Positions 26,682 through 36,871 are shown, numbered from the stretch's first letter. The stretch: DNA of 64,000 bases from Candidatus Anstonellaceae archaeon (GCA_038891035.1 JAWAEW010000001.1:7262-71261), one strand, 5' to 3'. Made by a program: numbers and translations. The notes: generated by a model not told the origin, from the letters alone.

Positions 26682-28981
26682 GCAATTTGGCTTACTTGGG
26701 TTGGCTGGCCAGCTCCTTTGTCCCTCTCCAACTGCCAAACAGTGCCGTACGAGGCCTGTCCCAACGATGAATCGTGCGTTATAACGAAAGTTTGAGCAAC
26801 AATTTGAGGAATTTTGGTCTGTATTGCTTCTGAAAGAAGGGCAACTGCATCGCTGTCAAGGTTGTGTGTCGGCTCATCCAACACAAGCCAACCCAAATCA
26901 GGAGTAAGCACTGCAGCAAATGCAACCCGCAATGCAAGGCATAAGCAAGCCCGCTCTCCCCCAGATGCAATGCTTTCAACCTCTTTCCAACCATCTTTGT
27001 ACATCAGGATGCGATAGTCCTTTTCATCCGCCTCAAGCTTGACTTGCTTGTAGTCTGAGTAAGGATAAAGAGAAGACCAAATCTCTGCAAGTGCCGTATT
27101 TATCTCATCAATAAGACTGTTTCTAAGTTCCACCTGCGCTGCAGCAAGACAATTTTTGTAAATCTTGAGATTTTCTGCAGCATGTGAATATTTTTGCGCC
27201 TTCTCTTTTCTTTGCTTTATCTGAAAAATTTCGCCTTCGAGTGCGGCAGCCAGCTTTTCTAACATGAGAAGCTGCTCCTGCTTGCTTTTCAGCTTCTGGC
27301 GCAAATCTGCCCACTCCACCGAAATCAAGCTAACTCTCTTTTGCACCTCTGCATATTTTTCCTCACTGAAATTGATTTTCTCAAGTTCCGCCCTTATTTG
27401 CTCCAGCTTGCTTTCTGCTTTGGTTGCTTCCTGGAACGCTTCGGAGAGTTGTTGCAAATGCTGAATTTCCCTTTCGATTTCAGATTTGCTCTGCTGACAT
27501 TCCAACATATCTTTCTGCACCTGCTGTAGATTTTTTTGCAAGTCATCTTTTTGTTTTTTGAGAAGAGCCAACTCCGCTTCAAGATTACCCGTAGGCTGTT
27601 GTTTGGAAAGCGCCTCAATCTCAACAAAAAGCAAACGCACTTCGGATGCCGCTTGCTCAAGCTTTTGAATCTCTGCTTTCTTATCAGATATGCTTTTGCG
27701 CAGCTGAAGAGAGGAGCTTGCATATATTTTCTTTTCATTGCTTTTCTGCTCAAAAAGCGCTTTTGCATTTTCTTTTCCAAGGTGCGTACCACAAACCGGG
27801 CACTTCGCATCCACAGATGACAAGGCAAATAGCACTGCCTCAAGCTCCTTTTCTTTGGCCTCTGACTGTACAAGATCAGCCTCAAACTTTTGCAGCTGGT
27901 TTTTTGCAGCTTCAAGTTCTTGCTGTATCTGATTCAGCTTTTTTCCTTTTGTTATACTTAGCGCCTTTTGCATCAACCTTTCTGCATCTGTTTTCCTTAC
28001 CGCCGCAGCTTGAAGCTGGCTTTCAAGCACTGCAATCTTCGATGAAACCTCAGAAAATGCGCTCTGGCAGGATGCAAGCTCGCCTTTTTTTTGCTCTAGC
28101 TTTTTTTCTGCCTCTTCCAATTTTTTGCGAAGGAGATCCTCAGATTCTTTGCTTGGGATTTCTTTTCCTTCAAGTTCCTTTCTTAGCCTTTCAGAAATCG
28201 CCTCAAGCTTTTTCGCTTCGGCAAAAAGTGTAGCCCACCTTCTTCTTGCCTGCTCAAAAATAGCAACTTCATTTTCGGCTTCCTCCTTTTTCACAGTGGC
28301 CTTTTGTAGCTCAAACGACAGCCTGTCAATCTCTTGCAAGCACTCTGCCATAGCCTGCTTCTGCTGCTGCAATTGTCTACTGACTTCTTCCAGCCTGGCA
28401 TCGTCTTGAGGCAGTGAAAGTGCTTTTGCCTGCTGCTCCAGCTTGAAGCAGGTATTTTGCGTATTTTGCAAAGCCAAGTCAAACTGACCCAGTCCCAAAA
28501 GCCAATCTATCTCTTCTTTCCTTTGTCTTGGATTCAACGAGAGTAGGAAATCCATTCTATTTTGCTCAGAGTAGATTGCGCGAGTAAAAAGCTCATAATC
28601 TACTCCAAGGACCTCTTCAATATAAGATGTAACCTGTCTTGCTCCTTTTTGCACCAGCCTCCCTTCACAACGCACCTCTGCCTCTGAAATTCCCTTCCCC
28701 ACCTTTCGCAATACAGAATATTTCTTTCCCCCCTTTTCAAATTCCAGCTGTATTATTGCCGCAGAAGCTCCGCTTCCTAGTCTAACCAAGTCTTCAGTGC
28801 TCATATCACGCCGCGAAAGACGCGGAAATGTCCCATAAAGTGCAAAGCAAATGGCATCTAGCACAGAGGATTTTCCAGAACCCATCCTGCCAATCAAAAT
28901 ATTGGTCCCTTTTTTGAAACTCATCTGGGTGTGCATGTGCGATTTGAAGTTTTCAAGTATCAGCTTAGTTATCATGTGCAA
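26678..28981 (-). CDS. rad50: Rad50/SbcC SMC-family ATPase
   Basis: ENFKSH, GRMGSGKS, Q-loop, coiled coil with CPVC Zn hook, ASGGE, LDEPT, ITH. Confidence 0.92.
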   Translation of the reverse strand: MHMITKLILENFKSHMHTQMSFKKGTNILIGRMGSGKSSVLDAICFALYGTFPRLSRRDMSTEDLVRLGSGASAAIIQLEFEKGGKKYSVLRKVGKGISEAEVRCEGRLVQKGARQVTSYIEEVLGVDYELFTRAIYSEQNRMDFLLSLNPRQRKEEIDWLLGLGQFDLALQNTQNTCFKLEQQAKALSLPQDDARLEEVSRQLQQQKQAMAECLQEIDRLSFELQKATVKKEEAENEVAIFEQARRRWATLFAEAKKLEAISERLRKELEGKEIPSKESEDLLRKKLEEAEKKLEQKKGELASCQSAFSEVSSKIAVLESQLQAAAVRKTDAERLMQKALSITKGKKLNQIQQELEAAKNQLQKFEADLVQSEAKEKELEAVLFALSSVDAKCPVCGTHLGKENAKALFEQKSNEKKIYASSSLQLRKSISDKKAEIQKLEQAASEVRLLFVEIEALSKQQPTGNLEAELALLKKQKDDLQKNLQQVQKDMLECQQSKSEIEREIQHLQQLSEAFQEATKAESKLEQIRAELEKINFSEEKYAEVQKRVSLISVEWADLRQKLKSKQEQLLMLEKLAAALEGEIFQIKQRKEKAQKYSHAAENLKIYKNCLAAAQVELRNSLIDEINTALAEIWSSLYPYSDYKQVKLEADEKDYRILMYKDGWKEVESIASGGERACLCLALRVAFAAVLTPDLGWLVLDEPTHNLDSDAVALLSEAIQTKIPQIVAQTFVITHDSSLGQASYGTVWQLERDKGAGQPTQVSQIA

Positions 28982-28990
28982 ACCTTCCTT

Positions 28991-29245
28991 TTAAAATATC
29001 GCCTCGACAGCATCTGTCCTTGCCTTGTACACCTCTATAACTTTCCTGTAGCGTAAAAAAAACCTATCCGCAGCTGCCTCGTCTTCATCCTGCACCATTA
29101 TAACTGATTTGGTCCTCCAAGGGCAAGATGAAAGCCTACTTTTTTTCAAATCGTAATAAAAGCGCCTCTTGATGCGGTTGTACTCTTTTATTCCAGTTTT
29201 GAGGTCGTAAAAATAAAGTATCATGTATCTATAGGCACAAAACAT
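28991..29245 (-). CDS. Small Cas2/VapD-like protein (solo)
   Basis: ILYFYDL first strand, RRFYYDL helix, RTKSVI. Probable start 29224. Confidence 0.45.
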   Translation of the reverse strand: MFCAYRYMILYFYDLKTGIKEYNRIKRRFYYDLKKSRLSSCPWRTKSVIMVQDEDEAAADRFFLRYRKVIEVYKARTDAVEAIF

Positions 29246-29260
29246 CCTAAAATCCTTGCC

Positions 29261-29512
29261 CTACAGCCTATCTACAGATGTGATCTCCACACTTGAGACA
29301 TTCTCCAAACTCGAGGCCTTCTGCTCAAGCAGATCAGTTTCGCCTGCTTTGTCCTCAACTATAAAAACAGCCTTGAGTGCCACAATCCCAAATGCAAGAG
29401 GCTCTTCTTGCAGCTTGTAAGGCTTGAGGTCTTTTGCAATTTGCTCTTTTAGCACCTTAAAGCCTTCCATATCTTGCGGGACAATCCTTATGGTTACAGC
29501 AACCTGACCCAT
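29261..29512 (-). CDS. ef1b: Translation elongation factor 1-beta
   Basis: MGQVAVTIRIVP, EEPLAFGIVAL, VSSVEI. Confidence 0.92.
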   Translation of the reverse strand: MGQVAVTIRIVPQDMEGFKVLKEQIAKDLKPYKLQEEPLAFGIVALKAVFIVEDKAGETDLLEQKASSLENVSSVEITSVDRL

Positions 29513-29521
29513 AGCATCACT

Positions 29522-29674
29522 TCAAGGTCCGTTTCTACCACACGAAGGGCAAACATAAGGCAAACTTATCTCTCTGCAGTGCGGGCATCTTATAATAGGG
29601 TTGCCGCATTCTGCGCAAGGAAACTTTGCATAGTTTTTGGTCCTCTTCCCGCAAGTTGTACAGCTTTCCAACAT
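29522..29674 (-). CDS. Zn-ribbon protein (DUF1610/COG2888 family), not in the ORF track
   Basis: MLESCTTCGKRTKNYAKFPCAECGNPIIRCPHCREISLPYVCPSCGRNGP: four CxxC motifs, in the usual position upstream of EF-1beta, GGTGA RBS. Confidence 0.9.
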   Translation of the reverse strand: MLESCTTCGKRTKNYAKFPCAECGNPIIRCPHCREISLPYVCPSCGRNGP

Positions 29675-29719
29675 CCAAACTCACCTGCAGGCAGATTAAA
29701 AGCCAATAAAGTTTTAAGC

Positions 29720-29938
29720 TTACTTCTTTGGAAGGTACTCTAGCAGGCCCTCTGCCAAATCAGATACTGCCAAGAGCGCAGCTATAAACATTACAAATGG
29801 ATGGACACCTTTAAGGCTGATAAAGAATATGTTCACATTCAAATAAAGCGCCAGTACCAGCCCAATCAAGATATATGCACCTATCACAAGATGGACGGTG
29901 CCTAAAAATCTAGAAGCAGTTTCGGTGCCTTTCATCAA
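29720..29938 (-). CDS. Small two-TM membrane protein
   Basis: GGGTGA RBS, two hydrophobic segments. Confidence 0.55.
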   Translation of the reverse strand: MMKGTETASRFLGTVHLVIGAYILIGLVLALYLNVNIFFISLKGVHPFVMFIAALLAVSDLAEGLLEYLPKK

Positions 29939-29970
29939 ATCACCCTATGACCACTGTTTGTCTTTCAGCT

Positions 29971-31149
29971 TTATATTCCTGCTTCTTTCTTTAGCCTCTG
30001 AGCCTTATCGGTTCTTTCCCATGTGAATTCTTCCTCTTCCCTTCCAAAATGCCCATAAGCTGCAGTCTTTTTGTAAATTGGGCGCCTCAGTTTCAAATCA
30101 GAAATTATATGTCCAACCTTCAGCCTGAAATTCTCCTTTATAAGCTGGACAATTCTGTCATTTGGTATTTTTCCTGTCCCAAAAGTCTCCACAAAAATAG
30201 AAATCGGATCAGAAACTCCTATCACATATGCAAGTTGAACCTCGCACCTTTGCGCAATTCCAGCAGCAACCAGGTTTTTTGCAATATACCTTGCCATATA
30301 ACAAGCCGAGCGGTCCACTTTAGTTGGGTCCTTACCAGAAAAGCAGCCCCCACCATGGGCAGCCATCCCTCCATAAGTATCCACAATTATCTTCCTGCCA
30401 GTAAGTCCAGTATCTGCCGCTGGGCCTCCAAGCACAAACCTGCCTGTGCCATTTACAATTACTTCGGTGTCGTGCTTGAAATATTCCCCTAGCACTGGTT
30501 CTACTACATACTTTTGCAAATCCCTCTTTATCATTTCCCTATCCACACTTTTTCCTTGGTATTGCTCATCGTGCTGGGCAGCAATTACAACTGTGGTTGC
30601 CTTTATGGGGCGGTTGTCTTGGTCGTATTCTACTGTTACTTGCGTCTTTCCGTCCGGCCTCAGATAAGGAACAATTCCTTCCTTTCTTACCTTGGCAAGC
30701 TGAAACGAAAGTCTATTTGCAAGCATTATAGGTAAAGGCATAAGCTGAGGGGTTTCATTCACTGCATATCCAAACATTATACCTTGGTCCCCTGCCCCAA
30801 GCTGCTCCAAATCCTCCTCCTTTACACCACGAGCAATATCAGGTGATTGGGCGTGGATAGAGGAGAGCACGCCCACACTTTTGCTGTCAAAATGATACTC
30901 TGGCTTGGTATAGCCTATGTCTTCCAGCACTTTTCTTACCATACCATCAATGTCGCAGTAGCCTTCAGTAGTTATCTCACCCGCAACCACCACAAGGCCC
31001 GTAGTTGCAAGTGCTTCCACTGCCACATGCGAGCGAGGATCCTGAGCAATCAAATCGTCCAAGATTGCATCGGCGATCTGGTCGCAAACCTTGTCTGGAT
31101 GGCCTTCAGTGACTGATTCAGATGTGAATAAATAATTTTTTTTGCTCAT
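29971..31149 (-). CDS. metK: S-adenosylmethionine synthetase, bacterial/eukaryotic type
   Basis: [61 protein letters not shown] before MSKK. Confidence 0.96.
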   Translation of the reverse strand: MSKKNYLFTSESVTEGHPDKVCDQIADAILDDLIAQDPRSHVAVEALATTGLVVVAGEITTEGYCDIDGMVRKVLEDIGYTKPEYHFDSKSVGVLSSIHAQSPDIARGVKEEDLEQLGAGDQGIMFGYAVNETPQLMPLPIMLANRLSFQLAKVRKEGIVPYLRPDGKTQVTVEYDQDNRPIKATTVVIAAQHDEQYQGKSVDREMIKRDLQKYVVEPVLGEYFKHDTEVIVNGTGRFVLGGPAADTGLTGRKIIVDTYGGMAAHGGGCFSGKDPTKVDRSACYMARYIAKNLVAAGIAQRCEVQLAYVIGVSDPISIFVETFGTGKIPNDRIVQLIKENFRLKVGHIISDLKLRRPIYKKTAAYGHFGREEEEFTWERTDKAQRLKKEAGI

Positions 31150-31203
31150 CGGATCACCTGTTGTGAATTTTTCTTTCATTATTATATTTTCTTTTGCATC
31201 ATT

Positions 31204-31219
31204 TATTCATATATGAATA
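31204..31219. promoter_or_regulatory. Perfect palindrome TATTCATATATGAATA (candidate operator, copy 2)
   Basis: Identical to the core at 14872-14887. Lies between divergent metK and the PHP gene. Confidence 0.7.
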
Positions 31220-31281
31220 TCATCTTTGCTCTCTAAGACGCAAGTTTTTTAAAGTGGTTATAGCTGAAATATAGTGGTTTT

Positions 31282-32940
31282 ATGGCATATATTTTAGTCC
31301 CTTCAAAAAAGAACATTTCGCATGCGCACCGAATGCTGGCAGAAGCCCTCGCATCAAACGGCTTTTTCGCATCAAAGGGAGTGCTTGCTGACCGATATTA
31401 CAAAAAAGGAGAGCCATCTTCTCAAACTTTCTTTGTGTATGGCCGTTCATTTGAGCCTGACGGCAGCACAAACCAAAAGTCCGCATTCAACATCTGCGTG
31501 CTTGATACTGGAAGAAGGCTGAGAGTGTGGTTTTCAAGCACAGAATCCTCACCTCAGGCAACTCAATTCGGATACCACCAATACATTCACTTTTTCTCCT
31601 TTTCAGCAGGCAACCTCTCCAAGTTCATTGCGCAAGTTGTAGATGAAGCCATAAAGGCTTCATGGTGCAAGCCAGAATCTTCTTACAGGATTTTTATCCA
31701 TAATCATCTTGCAGAACTTGGTGGAGTGAGCTTGAACAACACACTTCAAATGTACGACGACGGCCGTTCTTCCTCAGCGGCACTGCTTTACAATTTGGTG
31801 CTTTCGCATGCTGATTTTGTGGCAATTACACATCACAACCACTTCCTGCTTGCACCTTGGAAACGCTTTGAGGAGCAGGCATCTCAATATTCCGTGAGTC
31901 TAATTGCAGGCTTTGAAGCAACTTTACCTATTTTCCAGTTTGAGCCATGGTTTGCAGGTACACCAGAAGGCAAGGTACACAATCCAAACGGCCCACATAT
32001 TGTGCTTCTTTTTGATAGTCCTGCTCTTGCTTCTGAATTTTGGGGCAGATACTTTTCTGGCAGGCCACAATACAAATACGCTCCAACCGCATCAGCAGGG
32101 GTTGAGCTTTTTGCAATCTCTGACGAAATAGACAAGAAATACAGTGGCAGAATTGCAAAGCTTATCGCCCACCCTGTTTGCGATGTTTCCTTACCTGATG
32201 TAGGACTAGTAAATCGCGTAGCAAAAGGAGAAATTTCAGTCTCAGAAATGCTTCAGCTTATCAATCGCTCCTCAGGGATTGCAGTATTCAACCTTTCTTT
32301 GAACGATAAACCTATCGATTTTGGCCTGTATGCTTATCAAGTAAAGGAATGTTCGTATTTTTCAAAGGAAGAAAAGCAGCGCAGACTAAAGAATATCGCT
32401 GAAGCAGAAGAATACTTCAACAGTATTGTCAAAGCAGCAGGGCTTGAAGGCCTCACACCAAACAACATCAACTTTGCTCTATCTTTGCAGTTCGACAAGA
32501 CACTAATTCCTTTTGTTGATACTGACGCACACAATTTTGACTGGGGATATACTAATCTTGGCCCTTTCCATTGGATGATTCGCTCTATGGGACTTTTTGC
32601 AGCAGGCCACAATACACTTTCATTTGATGTTTTGCCTGCTGTCAAGCCCTCCCCAGCAGAAGTAGTCTATTTCATTGAAAAGAAAGGCAAAACGGAAGGA
32701 TGCCATTGGTCTTTCACTTTATTTTCCGAGATAAAAGACGGTCACCTTCAAATAACTCTAAAAAGAAGGGAGTCCGCCTGGTCGCAAAAAATATTCAATC
32801 TGCTTGAAAAGGCATACTATTATGTAAAGCAAGTGACCATATTGGGTTCTGATACTGCTCAGGCCATGGCAGATCAGGGCTCACTTCACGAGCCTTTAGT
32901 AATGCTTCGCGGCTCAATACCAGGTTCCATACCAAAATAG
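31282..32940 (+). CDS. PHP-superfamily metal-dependent phosphoesterase-like protein with N-terminal extension
   Basis: IHNH, DFVAITHHN, IAGFEA, GPHIV, IAHP, DTDAH in canonical PHP order. Confidence 0.7.
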   Translation: MAYILVPSKKNISHAHRMLAEALASNGFFASKGVLADRYYKKGEPSSQTFFVYGRSFEPDGSTNQKSAFNICVLDTGRRLRVWFSSTESSPQATQFGYHQYIHFFSFSAGNLSKFIAQVVDEAIKASWCKPESSYRIFIHNHLAELGGVSLNNTLQMYDDGRSSSAALLYNLVLSHADFVAITHHNHFLLAPWKRFEEQASQYSVSLIAGFEATLPIFQFEPWFAGTPEGKVHNPNGPHIVLLFDSPALASEFWGRYFSGRPQYKYAPTASAGVELFAISDEIDKKYSGRIAKLIAHPVCDVSLPDVGLVNRVAKGEISVSEMLQLINRSSGIAVFNLSLNDKPIDFGLYAYQVKECSYFSKEEKQRRLKNIAEAEEYFNSIVKAAGLEGLTPNNINFALSLQFDKTLIPFVDTDAHNFDWGYTNLGPFHWMIRSMGLFAAGHNTLSFDVLPAVKPSPAEVVYFIEKKGKTEGCHWSFTLFSEIKDGHLQITLKRRESAWSQKIFNLLEKAYYYVKQVTILGSDTAQAMADQGSLHEPLVMLRGSIPGSIPK

Positions 32941-33207
32941 CTAGCATATTACAATCGTCTCTACTCCTGGCTGAATTCTTCTTATAAAACGGTCTATCTT
33001 AGTTGCAATTCTGAGAGCTTCGACATCAGGGTATTCTTTCCTAAGCTCTTCCTTCAACTTATACGCCAAAGCAATTTTTTCATCTATCTTTCCATCCGGA
33101 AGACTTTCAAGAATCTTTAATGCAGATTCTGCTATCTTTTTTTTGTAAGGCTGATACTTTGGCCTTGATGCGCATTCAACCAGCCTTTCAGCAGCTTTGA
33201 TCCCCAT
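32941..33207 (-). CDS. Small hypothetical protein
   Basis: GGGGTGA RBS, 88 aa. Confidence 0.55.
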   Translation of the reverse strand: MGIKAAERLVECASRPKYQPYKKKIAESALKILESLPDGKIDEKIALAYKLKEELRKEYPDVEALRIATKIDRFIRRIQPGVETIVIC

Positions 33208-33327
33208 TTAATCACCCCACTTTTTTCCCACCAAACATTTTATAAACCAATAACTCCTGCCGCATTTTCTTCTTTCATCAAGCCAAACTGCATAATTTTT
33301 AATTTTTGGCCATAGAAATCGAAATTT

Positions 33328-34122
33328 ATGTTTCGAAGTTTGTTTTCAATCATTTCACTTCTTTTTTTGCTCTTCCTTTTTGGCTGCTATAGCCAGCAGC
33401 CCGCACCACCTTCATCAACTGAGAACCCGTCACCTCAATTGACGCCTTCTCTTCGTGCTGAGATCTGCAATAAAATTTCTGACGGAGACACAAAAAATTT
33501 TTGCTTAGGAATGCTTACAAAAAATTTAGAATACTGCGACAAAATTACGAACAATGAAAACAAAAGACAAATGTGTTATTCTGATATTGCAATCGACATG
33601 CAGGATCCTTCTGTTTGCTATAAAATAAATGAGCCGGGAGCATTTCAAAATTGTTTTGCTCTTGCTTCTAGGAACGTTTCACAATGTCTCTTAGACCCTC
33701 CTTACGGATTCAATCCGATAAAAAACACCTGCATTTCAAATTTTGCAGCACTTGTAAATGACGATAGCATCTGTGTTTACTCTCAATACAAAGAAGTCTG
33801 CTTCCTCAGAGTTGCAATATCAAATAACAATGCTGCATTATGTGAGTCTGCTGGCCCAGGGCGTGATTCCTGTTATTTTGAGATCGCATCTTCGACTTCG
33901 GATGCATCCCTTTGCAAAAATTTATCCCAAGATGTTTTCCAACAGGCATGTACTGCAATAATTTTTCAGAAGCTTTCCGATTGCCCTGCCGATTTGAAGC
34001 ACATTTGCTTGATGAGAATTATCTTAAAAACAGGAGATTATTCGCAGTGTGAAAGCATTCAGGATATAACTCGAGATGAGTGCTTGGTAGCCGTGGCATT
34101 AGCCGGAATCTTGAAAATATAG
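33328..34122 (+). CDS. Cys-rich repeat lipoprotein
   Basis: LFLFGC lipobox-like signal, Pro/Ser linker, nine Cys pairs in roughly 25-aa repeats. Confidence 0.7.
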   Translation: MFRSLFSIISLLFLLFLFGCYSQQPAPPSSTENPSPQLTPSLRAEICNKISDGDTKNFCLGMLTKNLEYCDKITNNENKRQMCYSDIAIDMQDPSVCYKINEPGAFQNCFALASRNVSQCLLDPPYGFNPIKNTCISNFAALVNDDSICVYSQYKEVCFLRVAISNNNAALCESAGPGRDSCYFEIASSTSDASLCKNLSQDVFQQACTAIIFQKLSDCPADLKHICLMRIILKTGDYSQCESIQDITRDECLVAVALAGILKI

Positions 34123-34137
34123 TTGATGAGTGAATAG

Positions 34138-34788
34138 ATGGATTCAGGGACAATTATCATTTCAATTAGGAAAAATTTAGCATACCTTGACACTCCTATA
34201 TTGATTTCAGCTAAAGATGGAATAACAACTGCAGAATGGAATAATTACCGCCTTTTAGGTTCTTTCTTTATGCTTCTGTGCGGTGCAATAGGGTATTCAG
34301 TGCTCGGATCAATACTGATTATATCAGTCTCATCTTTGACATATATCCTCACAAATCGTTGGCTTTTTGAGTTATTGCCCGCTCCTTGGTCTGAATTAGA
34401 TCTGCTTTTGCTGTTAGCACTTATCTTTTCAGTTTTTCCATTCACCAAGACATGGCCAACGATTTTTTCTCAGTTGAAATCAAATCCGCGCAAGATAATT
34501 AGCACCCAAGATACAATTACCTATAATGAGCAAGGGAAAGAATATATGCTACACAAAGCAAAAACAAGAGTAACTTACCAAGCTTCCAATCTATTTGGAA
34601 TCTTACCTTTCAAAGTCGTCACATTCTATTTTGAATCCGACGGAACAAAACTTCCTTTCTACAAAGTTTTGTTGTCTTTAAGTTTTGTAAAAAATGAAAA
34701 TTATCAAAACATACACTGCGATGAATTTGTCAAGGTTATGGAACGCACTTTTGGATTAGCCGGAAAGAGTACTCCATCAGCCCAGTAG
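34138..34788 (+). CDS. Hypothetical membrane protein
   Basis: Two to three hydrophobic segments followed by a soluble beta-rich domain. Confidence 0.55.
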   Translation: MDSGTIIISIRKNLAYLDTPILISAKDGITTAEWNNYRLLGSFFMLLCGAIGYSVLGSILIISVSSLTYILTNRWLFELLPAPWSELDLLLLLALIFSVFPFTKTWPTIFSQLKSNPRKIISTQDTITYNEQGKEYMLHKAKTRVTYQASNLFGILPFKVVTFYFESDGTKLPFYKVLLSLSFVKNENYQNIHCDEFVKVMERTFGLAGKSTPSAQ

Positions 34789-34843
34789 CAATCTAAGACT
34801 ATTCTCAAAGCGCTTCACATTTTTTCTCACCTATCGGTTTTCT

Positions 34844-35233
34844 TTAGATGAGTTTTGCAGAAATCAGCTTTGCATTGCATTTCTCAAGCTCTGACTTTAT
34901 CATCTTGACAGAATTTGCTGAAGGATTGCATTCCACAATCCATAAAGCAGCCTCTCCTCTCCTTGTAGAATGAGAATGACTTGATACCAAATCTACTCCA
35001 AGATTTGCAAGCGTTAATGCAGCAGAAGCAAGAGCACCGGGCTTGTCTGAGAGTGCTATAGTGAGCCTCAGGATCTTTTTCTCTCGAGCAGGCTCAATAG
35101 TTATCTTCCAAGTTTTCTCATCCAAGCCAACAATCAATCTGTCATCTGCCATTATTCCAGCAGCTTCGCGCAAGTGCTGTGGGATAAGCACTCTCCCTTT
35201 TGAGTCCAATTTGCATATCTCTCTTAAAGCCAT
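34844..35233 (-). CDS. AbrB/MraZ-type DNA-binding domain + ACT domain regulator
   Basis: KLDSKGRVLIPQHLREAAGI and LSDKPGALASAALTLANLGVDL. Confidence 0.8.
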   Translation of the reverse strand: MALREICKLDSKGRVLIPQHLREAAGIMADDRLIVGLDEKTWKITIEPAREKKILRLTIALSDKPGALASAALTLANLGVDLVSSHSHSTRRGEAALWIVECNPSANSVKMIKSELEKCNAKLISAKLI

Positions 35234-35322
35234 CTGGGCCCTCTTCACAAACTTTTTGCAAAAATCCTTACTATTTCTTGTAAGCCTCAAGGTTTTTGAA
35301 TGCTTCCAACTATTAGCTTTTT

Positions 35323-35396
35323 GCCCTCGTGGTATAACTTGGATAGCATGCGAGCTTGCGGAGCTTGAGATCCGCGTTCAAATCGCGGCGAGGGCG
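35323..35396 (+). tRNA. tRNA-Arg(GCG)
   Basis: Acceptor GCCCTCG/CGAGGGC, anticodon arm CGAGC-TTGCGGA-GCTTG, T arm CCGCG-TTCAAAT-CGCGG. Confidence 0.92.
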
Positions 35397-35487
35397 CTTA
35401 ATTCCAAAAGGTGAGACAGATGAGGAAAGGAAAAAGGTCAGCAGTCAGGAGGCAATCAAGAAAAAGGGCAAAATCAAACTGAGTTTT

Positions 35488-36311
35488 ATGGACACCATAA
35501 AGCAAGATTTTCAGGAGTGCAAAGCGGTTCTTCAAAAAGGCTCAAAAACATTCTTCTTCTCCTCAAAAATATTGCCAAAGGAAAAGAAGAAGGCTTTTTG
35601 GGCAGTCTATGCCTTTTGCCGCAAAACTGACGACATTGTTGATGAAGGCTACGGCGATCATGCAAGCAAGGCAAAGAAGCTTTCTTTGTGGAAAAAGAAC
35701 TTTTACGGGCGCTTTCAGGCAAAGGAAGCAGCGAGCCGATAATTAGGGCATTTGCTGCAGTAGCTTTGCAGCACAAGATACCAAAAGCTTACCCTCTTAT
35801 TCTTATCAAAGGTGTAGGTGCAGATTTACACAAACAAAAGTTTCGCACACTCAGTCAATTGCGCGCATACTGTTATTCGGTTGCCTCGGTAGTCGGCCTA
35901 ATGCTTCTTCATGTGATGTGAGTAACTTCTGCAACTGCAAAAAAGAAAGCAATTGCACTTGGTATTGCAATGCAACTTACAAATATTCTGCGGGATGTGG
36001 CAGAAGATAAAGCTGCAGGAAGAATATACTTACCCACAAAAGATTTACAGTCCTTCAATCTATCTCGGTCTGATATTAGACCCAATTTGCCTAAAGCCAA
36101 AAGAGAAGCTTTCCGCAAGTTGATTGAGTTTGAATGCAAAAGAGCACAGCGCTATTACAACCAAGCAGCCTCAGGAATTTTGCTTTTGCCGAAGAATTTG
36201 CAGATTGCGATAGCTACTGCATCCAGTCTTTACTCTAGCATACTTCAAAAGCTAAAAAGAGCAAATTATGATGTATGGAGAACTGCCAGACTCTCAAACA
36301 GATTTACCTAG
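35488..36311 (+). pseudogene. crtB: Phytoene synthase pseudogene
   Basis: SKTF, VYAFCRKTDDIVD, YCYSVASVVG and QLTNILRDV..GRIYLP are split by a frameshift near 35690 and an in-frame TGA at 35919-35921. Confidence 0.88.
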
Positions 36312-36572
36312 TTCCCAGAATGCCACTGTAGCAAACATAAGTGCAAGCCCGAAGGCAAGGTTTTCAATTGGAATGAACGGAAGCCAAATGCCCAATACCT
36401 GGCCAGGATCAAAAATCCAAAGCCCAGCCCACGTCATCAAGTTGTCAAAAATAAGCTGGAAAAAAATGCAAACTGAAGCTGCTATTGCAAGCTTTCGTGC
36501 ATTAGGTCTTGCTTTTACTACCAAATAAACTGAAGCACCCAGCCACAACAATGACAGAAGCGTGTATCCCAT
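36294..36572 (-). CDS. Lycopene cyclase domain subunit (CrtYc/Yd-like), apparently intact
   Basis: FDNLMTWAGLW...PIEN in a hydrophobic 92-aa protein. Confidence 0.75.
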   Translation of the reverse strand: MGYTLLSLLWLGASVYLVVKARPNARKLAIAASVCIFFQLIFDNLMTWAGLWIFDPGQVLGIWLPFIPIENLAFGLALMFATVAFWELGKSV

Positions 36573-36573
36573 T

Positions 36574-36871
36574 TCAACACTTCTTTTTTACTACTTCCCA
36601 TATTACGATGTAAAACAAAGGTATAATAAGAAAAAACAAAACTTCTTCTATCGGCTGGTTTGCCACCGTTATTCCCAGCATATTATTTTAAGTCAAATTT
36701 CCAGTGTCCTCTTTCTACTGCAAAGATATCCCAGCCAAGAAAAATCAAAGCAACAGGGACAATTGCAAAGGCACACTTTCGAAAGTCAATTTTGACATTT
36801 GCAATCCAAGCTATTAGTAGTGATGAGAATAGAACCGCCGCCAGATACAAAGGATAATAATACCAACTCAT
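36574..36871 (-). pseudogene. Lycopene cyclase domain subunit, frameshifted
   Basis: WDIFAVERGHW then TAA. Continuation MLGITVANQPIEEVLFF is in another frame. Confidence 0.75.
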
